Below, one piece after another: positions 28,059 to 37,026 of a stretch of DNA of 64,000 nucleotides. Each line of letters starts with the position of its first letter. Position 1 is the first letter of the stretch. Location of the stretch: NCBI GenBank assembly GCA_964600365.1, contig CAZRJG010000003.1:30001-94000 (forward strand). Direction: 5' to 3'. The notes below the pieces were generated by a model. The model ran no database searches and was not told the DNA's origin. It saw nothing but the letters and a program-made list of their open reading frames with translations. This DNA comes from an uncultured Acidimicrobiia bacterium. GTDB taxonomy: Bacteria; Actinomycetota; Acidimicrobiia; Spongiisociales; JAENVV01. Position numbers and translations under genes: made by a program.

Positions 28059-28484
28059 CTACTGCGGGATCGTGTCCGGCGGTGCGGGCTCGCCGGGCTC
28101 GACGGGGCGCAGTTCCTCCACCGCGAAGGAGCCATCGATGAGGTGCTCTTCCCCGACAGGGGTAGGCGCCGGTCGCTCGTTCCGCGGGACGGACCAGGGC
28201 TGCGGTCCGAAGAAGGGCCGATCGACGATGTGGCGGTACTCGGTCGTCTGGGACCAGCTGGGGAGTGTTGACCCAGTGAGTTCTCCTCCCGGTGAGGCAG
28301 TGAACATCGCGAGGGCGACCATCCCGGCAACGACAGCTCCCAGGGGTGCCGTGGTCGAGGCGAAGGAGAATGCCGGGAGGCGGGGGATCCGAGCCCGACG
28401 CTGGACGGCACGTCGGAGGACGCGCTCCTGCTCCTCCCAGAACCGGGGGGTGTCGGGGATGTGGGGAGGGCGCAACCTACGCAT
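28059..28484 (-). CDS. Hypothetical single-TM protein, candidate anti-sigma factor
   Basis: ATG overlaps the sigma-factor stop (ATGCGTAG). One hydrophobic segment 'APLGAVVAGMVALAMFTA'. Confidence 0.5.
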   Translation of the reverse strand: MRRLRPPHIPDTPRFWEEQERVLRRAVQRRARIPRLPAFSFASTTAPLGAVVAGMVALAMFTASPGGELTGSTLPSWSQTTEYRHIVDRPFFGPQPWSVPRNERPAPTPVGEEHLIDGSFAVEELRPVEPGEPAPPDTIPQ

Positions 28485-29067
28485 GGTCGATCCCCGGCAC
28501 GAGACCTGGCAGTGACTCACCGAGGAGTTCCTTCATGTGTGCCCGTGCCCGGCTCAGTCGGAGGCGGGCGGCGTTGGGGGAGATGTTGAGCGCGACCGCT
28601 GCCTCCGACGGTGAGAGGCCGTGGATCGCCACGAGTTCGAGTACATCGCGTTCGGCGGCAGAGAGGCGACCGAGGGCTTCCTCGAGGTGGGGGCGTTGAC
28701 GTGACGCGTCGATCGCGGACTCGACTGCGTCGGTCTCGGATTCGTCGAATCGCGTCACGTGTCCGGCGGCCTTCTCGATGAGGCGGGTGATGCGCTGGCG
28801 CGAACGGTGCTGTCCGATCCACACCCTCCGGGCGATGCCGAACAGCCAAGGGAGGGCGGTCGGGGTCTCGGGTCGGTACCGGTGGGCCTGCCGCAGGGCG
28901 ATGAGGAACGTCTCGGACACGATGTCGGCGACCGCGTCGGCGTCACGGGCGCGACGGACGGCGAACCCCGTCACCGGGCGGACATGCCGACGGAAGAGCA
29001 CGGCAAAACTGTCCTCGTCGCCGTCGGCTGCCGCGGCGATGAGTTCTGCGTCGGTGCGCTCGGTCAT
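28477..29067 (-). CDS. ECF RNA polymerase sigma-70 factor
   Basis: Region 2 'FAVLFRRH...DIVSETFL...PWLFGIAR'. Region 4 'LSAAERDVLELVAIHGLSPSEAAVALNIS..AARLRLSRAR'. Confidence 0.92.
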   Translation of the reverse strand: MTERTDAELIAAAADGDEDSFAVLFRRHVRPVTGFAVRRARDADAVADIVSETFLIALRQAHRYRPETPTALPWLFGIARRVWIGQHRSRQRITRLIEKAAGHVTRFDESETDAVESAIDASRQRPHLEEALGRLSAAERDVLELVAIHGLSPSEAAVALNISPNAARLRLSRARAHMKELLGESLPGLVPGIDHA

Positions 29068-29317
29068 GTCTCCCCAGTGGGATGCGCGGTGTCGGCCCAT
29101 CATGTCAGCGTTTCGACGTCGCTGCGGCCCGGATCGGTTCCCTCCCATGACGCGCACGAGCCCCGGCTCAAGACCGGGGCTCCATGCGCTGCCTGCGAGA
29201 GGGCACCTTGTGAGTCGGGGGCCTACGCCGCACCGAGAAGTCAACGGGCTCGCGTTTTCGGACTGATTGCCGAACCGTTGCGGTTCGCGCAAGCCCGTGT
29301 TTCGTCGAGGTTTCGGC

Positions 29318-29992
29318 TCAGGCAGCTGCCACGCGGACCGCCGCCGCTGCCGCTGGGGAGAGCCGCACGACGGCCGCGGGCGACTCGACGAGGCACCCGC
29401 CATCGTTCGCGAGTGCGGTGACGGTCACGACGGCGCCCTCGACGATGCCCTCATCGGCCAGGAATGCACGCAACGACGGGGCGCCTTCGATCGACCTGAC
29501 GAGGACCGGTTGTCCGACGGGTGACTCGGCGAGGGTGCGGCCTGCGGGGGCGGAGGGCCCGTTGGCTGCGGGGATCGGCTTCCCGCCGGGGCCCACGGTC
29601 GGATCGCCGAGGAAGTGGGAGAGTCGCTGAGCAACCTCAGAGGGCGTTATGTGCTCGAACTCGCAGGCCACGGTGTCGGCGGCGCCCGCAGTGAGGCCGA
29701 GGTGCTCGCTGAGGAACACGGCCCAGAGGCGTCGGCGGCGCAACACGTCGTTGGCGATCCGCATCCCGACGTCGGTGAGCGCTACTCCCTTGTAGGGGGT
29801 GTACGTGACGAAGCCCTTCTCCACGAGCTTCTTCACCATCTCGTTCGCCGAGACCCGCGAGACGTCCATCTCCTTGCCGAGATACGGAAGGGGGACCGGA
29901 CCCTCGTGGCCATCCTCGACCGCCATCGCAATGGTGATGAGGTACATCTCCTCCGTCTCGGAGGTCGCTTGGGGATGGCTCGTCGTTGCCAT
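29318..29992 (-). CDS. DtxR/MntR-family metal-dependent regulator with FeoA domain
   Basis: 'EEMYLITI', 'VSRVSANEMVKKL', 'RRRRLWAVFL', 'CEFEH', 'P..GPGGKPIP' and a FeoA-like C-terminus. Confidence 0.9.
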   Translation of the reverse strand: MATTSHPQATSETEEMYLITIAMAVEDGHEGPVPLPYLGKEMDVSRVSANEMVKKLVEKGFVTYTPYKGVALTDVGMRIANDVLRRRRLWAVFLSEHLGLTAGAADTVACEFEHITPSEVAQRLSHFLGDPTVGPGGKPIPAANGPSAPAGRTLAESPVGQPVLVRSIEGAPSLRAFLADEGIVEGAVVTVTALANDGGCLVESPAAVVRLSPAAAAAVRVAAA

Positions 29993-30023
29993 GCGTGAGA
30001 GGGTACGCCGTACGCTGCCGTTC

Positions 30024-31835
30024 ATGCACCGCTTCGGGGTCTCGATGATGCCTCCCGAGGGGATCGCTGACGAGGCGTTCCTCGACGGGTTGGTGGCGGC
30101 AGGGCGGTCGGCGCTCGAACTCCCCTTCGTGAAGGACTTCCCCTGGGACGAGTCGAAATGCGCAACGTTCGGCGCCCTCGCCGCGGAGCGGGACGTCTCC
30201 CTGAGCATCCACGCGCCGTACTTCGCCGTCCTCACCGTCGAGGACCCCGACCGGGCGAAGCAGTGCCGCTCTGCGCTCGAGCACACCATGAAGCTCGGGG
30301 CCGCGATGGGGGCGACGACGGTGGTGGCCCACCTCGGAAGCCACCATGATCGCGACCCGGCCGAGGTGGTCGACCTCGTTCGGGCGGGACTCGACGCGAT
30401 CGACCCGAAGGTGCGCCACCTCGGTGTCGCACTCGGACTCGAGACGGCAGGCAAGTCGAGCCAGTTCGGAAGCCTCGGCGACATCGCCCTCGTGGGGGAG
30501 GGCATCACGTGGGTCCGTCCGGTGATCGACTGGGCGCACGTCCATGCCATGTCGGGTGGTGCGCTCACGTCGCCGGAGGCGTTCGCAGCGGTGCTCGCCT
30601 TCCTCACCGACCAGTTCCCGGGATGGATGCTCGACCCGCTCCACAACCACTTCACGGCCAACCAGTTCGGGGACAAGGGCGAGATCCGCCATGTCCCGTA
30701 CTCCCAGGGCACCAACAAGGTCGAGCACCTCGTTCGGGCCGCCGTGGACATCGGACTCACCCTCACGGTCATCTCGGAGTCCCGCGAGGAGTCCTCCCAC
30801 GCGGCCATGCAGGAGGAGTTCGTCGCCGCGCTCGGATCCGTCCACTCCGATGGGGCAGTCCGCGGCGTGGGTTCTGGCCTGGTGCGATTCCCCGGCCACG
30901 TGGTCACCCGAGGACCGAAGAGCCATCCGGTGGCCGGCCCGCCCGATCGCGAGGTCGCGCTGGGGAACCTCGACAAGCAGTTCTTCCCGGACGGCTACAC
31001 GAAGGGCGACCTCGTCGAGTACTACGGCTCGATCTCCTCGCTCCTCGTCCCCCATCTAAGGGGAAGGGCGATCGTGATGGCCCGGTACCCGGACGGGTGG
31101 GATGGCGATTGGTTCTACGAGAAGCAGGCCCCGGGCCACCAGCCCGACTGGCTTGGGCTCCAGTCGATCCACAGTGACCACCGCGGCTCGCCGATCGACT
31201 TCGTCACGGCGGGAGACAGGGAGTCGCTCCTCTGGCTGGCGAACATGGGGTGCATCGAGATCCACCCATGGCTCTCCCGGAGGGACACGCTCGACACCCC
31301 CGACTTCGCCATCTTCGACCTCGACCCCGCCGAGGGAGCGACGTGGCGGCAGGTGCGCGACGTCGCTGGGATTCTCCGCCAGGCGATCGGGGCCCTCGGG
31401 CTGGTCGGGTACCCGAAGCTCTCGGGTGCCACCGGCCTCCACATCTACGTGCCGCTCGATCCGGTCCACACCTACCGACGAGTGCGGAGGTTCGTTGAGG
31501 CGGTCGGGAGACTCGCCCTCGCGGCAGACCCCGCCGACGTGACCATGGAATGGGACATCCCACGGCGAACGGGGAAGGTGTTCATAGACCACAACCAGAA
31601 CGTCGGCGGCAAGACGATCGCCTCGGTGTACTCGGTGCGCCCGCTCCCCGGGGCGCCGGTGAGCACCCCGGTGCTCTGGGAGGAACTCGAGGACCTCCCG
31701 GGTCCGGGGGCGTTCACGATCGCGACCATCTGGGAGCGACTCCGTTCGCACGGCGACCTCTTCGCACCCGTGCTCCGAGGTGGGCAGCGCCTCGACGCCG
31801 CGGAGGAGGCGCTCGGTCTCGACCCCATGCCGTAG
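30024..31835 (+). CDS. Fusion of endonuclease IV-like TIM barrel and LigD/Prim-PolC primase-polymerase domain
   Basis: N-half: SIHAPY, AHLG, LETAGK, IDWAH, HNHF, GEIRH, ISES. C-half: NLDK..FP..YTKGDL..YY, RYPDG, FYEK, IEIHPW, FDLDP, SGATGLH, IDHNQN. One uninterrupted frame. Confidence 0.85.
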   Translation: MHRFGVSMMPPEGIADEAFLDGLVAAGRSALELPFVKDFPWDESKCATFGALAAERDVSLSIHAPYFAVLTVEDPDRAKQCRSALEHTMKLGAAMGATTVVAHLGSHHDRDPAEVVDLVRAGLDAIDPKVRHLGVALGLETAGKSSQFGSLGDIALVGEGITWVRPVIDWAHVHAMSGGALTSPEAFAAVLAFLTDQFPGWMLDPLHNHFTANQFGDKGEIRHVPYSQGTNKVEHLVRAAVDIGLTLTVISESREESSHAAMQEEFVAALGSVHSDGAVRGVGSGLVRFPGHVVTRGPKSHPVAGPPDREVALGNLDKQFFPDGYTKGDLVEYYGSISSLLVPHLRGRAIVMARYPDGWDGDWFYEKQAPGHQPDWLGLQSIHSDHRGSPIDFVTAGDRESLLWLANMGCIEIHPWLSRRDTLDTPDFAIFDLDPAEGATWRQVRDVAGILRQAIGALGLVGYPKLSGATGLHIYVPLDPVHTYRRVRRFVEAVGRLALAADPADVTMEWDIPRRTGKVFIDHNQNVGGKTIASVYSVRPLPGAPVSTPVLWEELEDLPGPGAFTIATIWERLRSHGDLFAPVLRGGQRLDAAEEALGLDPMP

Positions 31836-31844
31836 GGTGCCGCC

Positions 31845-32960
31845 ATGGCGGAACGGCTTGCCTTCGGGATCGGTGTCGGGAGCCAGCCGCCCGCGTCCGC
31901 TTCGAGGTGGATGCTGCGACTCGCCAAGCAGTTGCGCATGGAGAGCGCATGGGCAGTGGACCACTTCATGGGCTGGTTCCCCTCGAGCCTGTGGGACCGA
32001 CGGTTCACCTGGCTGGCGCGGGGTCGGTCGCCGCACGCGTTCTTCGACCATCGGGTCCTCCTCGGCAGCCTCGCGTCCCACGCGGGTCGTGTCCGGCTCG
32101 GGGTGGGAGTGACCGAGGCGATCCGCCAGCACCCGGTGGGCATCGCCCAGTTCGCGATGACGCTCTCCCATCTCACCGACCGCCCCCCGATCCTTGGCAT
32201 CGGCGCCGGCGAGCGCGAGAACGTTGAGCCCTACGGGCTGTCGTTCGACCGGCCGGTTGGCCGGCTCGAGGAAGCGGTCCGCATCATCCGCACCTGCTTC
32301 ACGTCGGAGGGTCCGTTCGAGTTCCGTGGGGAGCACTTCTCCCTCCCCGACGCGATCATGGACCTCGCCCCCCGGGAGGGGAACGCCCCGGAGTTGTGGA
32401 TCGCTGCCCACGGGCACCGCATGCTCGAGTTGACCGGCCGGTACGGCGACGGGTGGTATCCGGTCTACGTCGCGACCCCCGACGAGTACGCGGGCAGCCT
32501 TCGCACGATCCATGCGGCCGCGGCGCAGGCCGGTCGGGCGCCGACCGACATCACTCCGGCGCTCCAGATGCCCTTCGTGGTGGGCAAGAACCGCGATGCA
32601 GCCCGACGGATGCTCGACCACCCCGCCATCCGGTACCTCGGCCTCATCACCCCCGCGGCCGCATGGAACGCCGTGGGTGAGGAGCATCCCTTCGGTCCTG
32701 CGTTCCGTGGAGTCGTGGACTTCGTGCCCCATCGCCATGCCCCCGGCGACCTCCGACGCCTCCTCGAGGAGGTGCCCGACGCGGTGATGGAGCGCTCCAC
32801 CGCGTGGGGGACCGTCGACGACCTCATCGATGTCCTCGGTGACTTCATGGCGGCGGGACTCCGTCACGTCGTGCTCACGCCGGTGAGTGGCCTCGTCTCC
32901 CGCCGGGAAGCGGTACGGGCGGTTGGAGCGATCCGAGCGGCGCGACGGCGCTTGGGGTAG
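31845..32960 (+). CDS. LLM-class (probably F420-dependent) oxidoreductase, Rv2951c-like
   Basis: 'WAVDHF', 'RLGVGVTE', 'ILGIGAGERENVEPYG', 'ELWIAAHGHRMLELTGRYGDGWYP'. Confidence 0.8.
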   Translation: MAERLAFGIGVGSQPPASASRWMLRLAKQLRMESAWAVDHFMGWFPSSLWDRRFTWLARGRSPHAFFDHRVLLGSLASHAGRVRLGVGVTEAIRQHPVGIAQFAMTLSHLTDRPPILGIGAGERENVEPYGLSFDRPVGRLEEAVRIIRTCFTSEGPFEFRGEHFSLPDAIMDLAPREGNAPELWIAAHGHRMLELTGRYGDGWYPVYVATPDEYAGSLRTIHAAAAQAGRAPTDITPALQMPFVVGKNRDAARRMLDHPAIRYLGLITPAAAWNAVGEEHPFGPAFRGVVDFVPHRHAPGDLRRLLEEVPDAVMERSTAWGTVDDLIDVLGDFMAAGLRHVVLTPVSGLVSRREAVRAVGAIRAARRRLG

Positions 32961-32964
32961 GTCC

Positions 32965-33942
32965 CTAGGCGCCGTCGACGGCTGCCAATGCCCAGGCGAG
33001 CCCGTCGAGGGGGTCCTCCACGGCGAGGTGGCAGGTCCACCCGGTGCTCGGGGCGAGGTCGGCCCACAGGACCCACCGGAGCTCCGCGGCCGCCCCACCT
33101 AGGTCGTCGGGAGGCACCGGCCAATCCTCGTCGAGTCCGGTGAGGGCGGCGAGTGCCCACCAGGTGAGCGATCGACCGGCTGCGCTCCCTTTGCGCGATC
33201 CGTAGGCACCCCCGGAGGCACCGAGCCATGCCATCCATTCGATTGCGAGAGGAAGCGTGAGTTCGGCCGCCAGCACCCGGTGGGGTCCCATGGCAGCGAT
33301 GGCCTCCTCGGCGGTCCCGCCGACGCACGACACCTCGACGCGCCCATTCGACCTCGTGAGCCACTCCCGTCCGAGCTCGAGGAGCGCATCGGCACCGTCG
33401 TCCCCGGGGATGGGCGTCCCTTCGAATCGGATCGCGCGCTCCTCCATGGTCGGCTCATCCGGGGGATCGAAGGTCCCGCCGCTCGGCCGGTACTCGACGG
33501 GGGCGAAGCGCTCCCATCCGAAGCACCGGAGCGGGAGGTCGAGCACGGAGGCGTCGACGTCGGCCGTGGTGAGGTCCTCGCCGCGGATGACCCGCTCCTG
33601 GGCGACGACGGCTCGCTCGGGGCCGGGTGGCAGGTGGGGCGCGATCTCCTCCCACCCGAACCGTCCCGCCACCACCTCGGTGAGCGGGCCTGGCAGCAGC
33701 ATGCCACGCGGTTCCCCGACGACCGGGCAGGCGATCTCGGGCGGCCCGTCGAGTGCGAGTCGGTAGTTGGCGTAGTGGGCGACGCCCCAAAGCTGCTTCC
33801 CGCGTTCGACGGCCTCCCGGCATCGGTACCGGAGGTCGAGGATCCCGTCCCACTCCCGGGCGGATGCGAGTCCGTCCACGAGGCGGATGAGGGAGTCGAT
33901 GTCATTCGCCTCGACGGCTTCGCGGACGTCGCCGCGGCTCAT
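32965..33942 (-). CDS. Conserved hypothetical protein
   Basis: 325-aa ORF with coding-like codon bias, coupled (ATGA) to qor. Motifs 'YRLALDGP', 'GPLTEVVA', 'WLGASGGAYG' and 'HLAVEDPLDGLAWAL'. Confidence 0.65.
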   Translation of the reverse strand: MSRGDVREAVEANDIDSLIRLVDGLASAREWDGILDLRYRCREAVERGKQLWGVAHYANYRLALDGPPEIACPVVGEPRGMLLPGPLTEVVAGRFGWEEIAPHLPPGPERAVVAQERVIRGEDLTTADVDASVLDLPLRCFGWERFAPVEYRPSGGTFDPPDEPTMEERAIRFEGTPIPGDDGADALLELGREWLTRSNGRVEVSCVGGTAEEAIAAMGPHRVLAAELTLPLAIEWMAWLGASGGAYGSRKGSAAGRSLTWWALAALTGLDEDWPVPPDDLGGAAAELRWVLWADLAPSTGWTCHLAVEDPLDGLAWALAAVDGA

Positions 33943-34904
33943 GGGATGAGGAGCACCTTCCCCGTCGTGGCGCGCCCCTCGAGCGCGCGGTGGGCATCGG
34001 CAGCCTCGGCGAGGGCGAAGCGGGCTCCCACGCTCACATCGAGCTCGCCGCTGCCCACCCTGCGGAAGACATCGCTCGCCCGGGTGTCCAGCTCGCGGGT
34101 GGTCGCGACGTAGGCGCCGAGGCTCGGACGGGTGACGTAGAGCGACCCGAGGGCGTTGAGTCGCTGGAGGTCGAACGGTGGTACCGGTCCTGAGGCGGCT
34201 CCGAACAGCGCCATGAGTCCACGGGGCCGCAGAAGCTCGAGGCCACGCTCGAACGTGGCGGCGCCGACGCCGTCGTACACCACATCGAGCGGTTGGTCGC
34301 GCCCCTCGACGGAGCGGATCGAGGCAGCAAAGTCCTCGTACTGATGGACGGCCACGGCACCGGCGCCGCGGGCCAGTTCGGCCTTGGTGTCCGTGGAGGC
34401 CGTTGCGTGGACCCGGGCCCCCAGCGACGTGGCGATCTGGATGAGGAGGAGCCCGACGCCGCCGGCTCCGGCGTGGACGAGGCAGGTGTCGCCGCTCGAG
34501 AGGGGGAACGTGTCGCACGCGAGGTAGTGGGCGGTGAGCCCCTGGAGGAGGACCGCAGCCGCCTGCTCGGATCCCATTCCTCCGGGGATGGCAACGGCTC
34601 GGTCGGCTGGCACGGAGGCGAGTTCGGCGTAGGCCCCGGGGGTGAGGCACCACGCGATCCGGTCGCCGACGGCGAAGCGGTTCACGCCGGAACCGATCGA
34701 CCGAATTCGGCCGGCACCCTCGACACCGGGGATGAACGGGAGCGTCACGGGGTACTGGCCCTCGCGGTGGTAGGTGTCGATGAAATTGACGCCGGCCGCC
34801 TCCACCTCCACGAGCACCTCCCCTTCGGTGGGGACGGGGTCGGCAACGGTGGCCCAGGTCAGTCGTTCGGGTCCGCCGTGTTCGGTGATCACTTGTGCCT
34901 GCAT
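33939..34904 (-). CDS. qor: NADPH:quinone oxidoreductase (zeta-crystallin-like MDR)
   Basis: 'AAGVNFIDTYHREG.YP', 'LLQGLTAHYL', 'HAGAGGVG', 'VVYDGVG' and 'TTGKVLLIP'. Confidence 0.92.
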   Translation of the reverse strand: MQAQVITEHGGPERLTWATVADPVPTEGEVLVEVEAAGVNFIDTYHREGQYPVTLPFIPGVEGAGRIRSIGSGVNRFAVGDRIAWCLTPGAYAELASVPADRAVAIPGGMGSEQAAAVLLQGLTAHYLACDTFPLSSGDTCLVHAGAGGVGLLLIQIATSLGARVHATASTDTKAELARGAGAVAVHQYEDFAASIRSVEGRDQPLDVVYDGVGAATFERGLELLRPRGLMALFGAASGPVPPFDLQRLNALGSLYVTRPSLGAYVATTRELDTRASDVFRRVGSGELDVSVGARFALAEAADAHRALEGRATTGKVLLIP

Positions 34905-34954
34905 GGTCCTCCTGCGCCGAGTCGAAACCCTACCCCCAGGTACCCTGCGGTCCG

Positions 34955-35698
34955 ATGCAGGTGGTACGTCGTCTCGGGGCCCTGATTGCCCTGCTCGTGG
35001 TCGCCGGGTTCCTCGGACTCGTCGTGTGGGCCCAGTCGGGTCCCTCACCGGAGAGTGTGGCGAACGGGTTCCTGCTCGACAGCGCCAATGTCCTCGTCGA
35101 CGAAGAGCCCTGGCTCACCTTCCGCCCCGAGGCACAGCGGTCCGTTGGGTTGATCCTCTACCCCGGGGCCCGAGTGGAGCCTGAGTCCTACGCGCCCATC
35201 GCGAGCCGATTGGCCCGTCGTGGGTTCCTCGTCGTGGTGCCGGACATGCCGCTCAAGCTCGCGATCTTCGGCGCCGGGAAGGCGACGTCGATCATCGAGG
35301 CCTTCCCGGACGTCGATCGATGGGTGCTCGGGGGCCACTCACTCGGGGGCGCCATGGCCGTGTCCTACATCGACAACCACCCCGGGGTGATCGATGGACT
35401 CCTCCTCTGGGCTGCCTACCCGGCCGAGTCGGCGGACATCTCCGACGAGGACGTATTCGCCACCGCCATCTCGGGGACGGCCGACGGCCTCGTCTCCTTC
35501 GAGGAGGTGAGCGAGGCGAGGGATCGGCTCCCCGCCACGTACGAGATCGTGCCGATCCAAGGAGGGAACCACGCTGGCTTCGGTGCCTACGGCCCCCAGG
35601 TCGGGGACGGTGAGGCGACGATCGACCGCGATGAGCAGTGGGACCTCATCGTCGAGGCGAGCACCAGGCTCCTCGAACGCGTCGAGGTGGGTCCGTAG
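34955..35698 (+). CDS. Alpha/beta hydrolase (Abhydrolase_5-like), N-terminal anchor
   Basis: 'ILYPGARVEPESY', GHSLGG, 'GTADG' and 'GGNHAGFG.YG.Q.GD'. Confidence 0.88.
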   Translation: MQVVRRLGALIALLVVAGFLGLVVWAQSGPSPESVANGFLLDSANVLVDEEPWLTFRPEAQRSVGLILYPGARVEPESYAPIASRLARRGFLVVVPDMPLKLAIFGAGKATSIIEAFPDVDRWVLGGHSLGGAMAVSYIDNHPGVIDGLLLWAAYPAESADISDEDVFATAISGTADGLVSFEEVSEARDRLPATYEIVPIQGGNHAGFGAYGPQVGDGEATIDRDEQWDLIVEASTRLLERVEVGP

Positions 35699-35734
35699 GC
35701 ACCGAGCCGCCCCCGAGGAGGGTCAGGTTCGTCG

Positions 35735-36553
35735 CTATCGCTCGACGGGCATGTCAGCCCGAGACCACTGGCTATAGGAACCGGGGAAGAGCCTCGGCTC
35801 CGGGAGGCCCGCGGTGACGGCCGACAGGATGAGGTGGCACGCGGTCACCCCCGACCCGCAGGAGGCGATTGTCGTGATCGGTCCGGCGACGCCTGCCGCG
35901 GCGAACCGGGCACGCAAGCCGTCGGGGTCGAGGAGGCGCTGGTCCTCCCCAACGAGTTCCTCGAACGGGAGGTTGATCGCCCCCGGGATGTGACCCGGGA
36001 TCGGATCGACCGGTTCGACTTCCCCGCGGAATCGCTCCGGTGCCCGCGCGTCGAGGAGCAGCGCGTCCCTGCGCACGACGACCTCCGCCATCGAAGCGGT
36101 GTCGTCCTCCCTGACCCTGACCTCGAACGTGGTCGGCTGGTGCGATGGGAGCAGGTCGGTGGTCGGGAGCCCGGCATCGTCCCAGGCGGCCATCCCGCCG
36201 TCGAGTACCCGAACGTCGGGATGGCCGACGTGGCGCAGGAGCCACCAGGCACGGGAGGCGATGGCAGACGGCCCATGATCATGGACCACCACCGTGTGTC
36301 CCGTGCCGACGCCAAGGGAGCCGAGTCGCCGGGCGAGCACGTGCGGATCCGGGAGCGGATGGCGTCCCTCCCCGGCCCGGGTCGTGTCGCTGAGGTCGTC
36401 CTCGAGGTCGAGGAAGACGGCTCCCGGCAGGTGGGCGTTGGCGTACTGGCGCCGTCCGAGGTCGTGGTCTGCGAGGTACCAGCGAACGTCGAGGACCCGG
36501 ATCCCCGGGTCCTCGAGTCGGTCGGCCAGCCACGCGGCGCCGACCAGAGTCAC
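35735..36553 (-). CDS. sseA: Sulfurtransferase (tandem rhodanese, SseA-like)
   Basis: 'HLPGAVFLD', 'GRHPLP', 'LDGGMAAW', 'LDARAPERFRG', 'GHIPGA', active-site loop CGSGVTAC and 'GSYSQW'. Confidence 0.9.
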   Translation of the reverse strand: MTLVGAAWLADRLEDPGIRVLDVRWYLADHDLGRRQYANAHLPGAVFLDLEDDLSDTTRAGEGRHPLPDPHVLARRLGSLGVGTGHTVVVHDHGPSAIASRAWWLLRHVGHPDVRVLDGGMAAWDDAGLPTTDLLPSHQPTTFEVRVREDDTASMAEVVVRRDALLLDARAPERFRGEVEPVDPIPGHIPGAINLPFEELVGEDQRLLDPDGLRARFAAAGVAGPITTIASCGSGVTACHLILSAVTAGLPEPRLFPGSYSQWSRADMPVER

Positions 36554-36996
36554 TCTTCGTCGTCCGCCAGGTCGGCGCGGATCTCCTCGACGGCATCGGC
36601 ATCATCGAGCTCGCGCAGGGCATCGGCCGCTCCGTCGTCGGGTGCGGCTGTGGGCTCCTCTGCTGCGGGCTCTTCTGCGGTGGGCTTGGCACCGCGGCGA
36701 TTCACGACGTCGCGCACCTCACCTGCCACGGTCCCGAGGGTCGTGCCGAGGGCGTCGATCACCGATGTCCCGGTTCGCTTCGCCTTCTCCTGCACCTCGG
36801 GATCACGCACGGCCTTGCCAATGGCGGTGAAGAGGCGGTCGAGTCCCTCGCCGACGGTCCGGAGGGCGTCCTTGACCTCCTCGGTGTCGGCCTCGCCCTC
36901 GCCCTCGGCTTCGTAACGCTCCTTGAACGCCCCCCCGAGTTCCTTCATCTGGTCGCCCACGGACGCCCACGCGTCCTTCGTCGGGTCCTCACCCAT
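36550..36996 (-). CDS. Hypothetical acidic helical protein
   Basis: Strong RBS AAGGAGGT. Amphipathic-helix pattern with an acidic low-complexity tail. Confidence 0.65.
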   Translation of the reverse strand: MGEDPTKDAWASVGDQMKELGGAFKERYEAEGEGEADTEEVKDALRTVGEGLDRLFTAIGKAVRDPEVQEKAKRTGTSVIDALGTTLGTVAGEVRDVVNRRGAKPTAEEPAAEEPTAAPDDGAADALRELDDADAVEEIRADLADDEE

Positions 36997-37026
36997 GTGG
37001 ATCACCTCCTTGAGATGTACCCGACG

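Noticed and set aside
29318-30976. 552-aa ORF suggesting a large N-terminal extension on the DtxR regulator
   Set aside because: The extension is the antisense of the Nfo-like domain. DtxR homology and the -10 element point to ATG 29992.
32965-34653. 562-aa ORF and 58176-59987 603-aa ORF suggesting fusions
   Set aside because: The upstream parts are alternative frames overlapping qor and nadE. Start/stop overlaps define separate genes.
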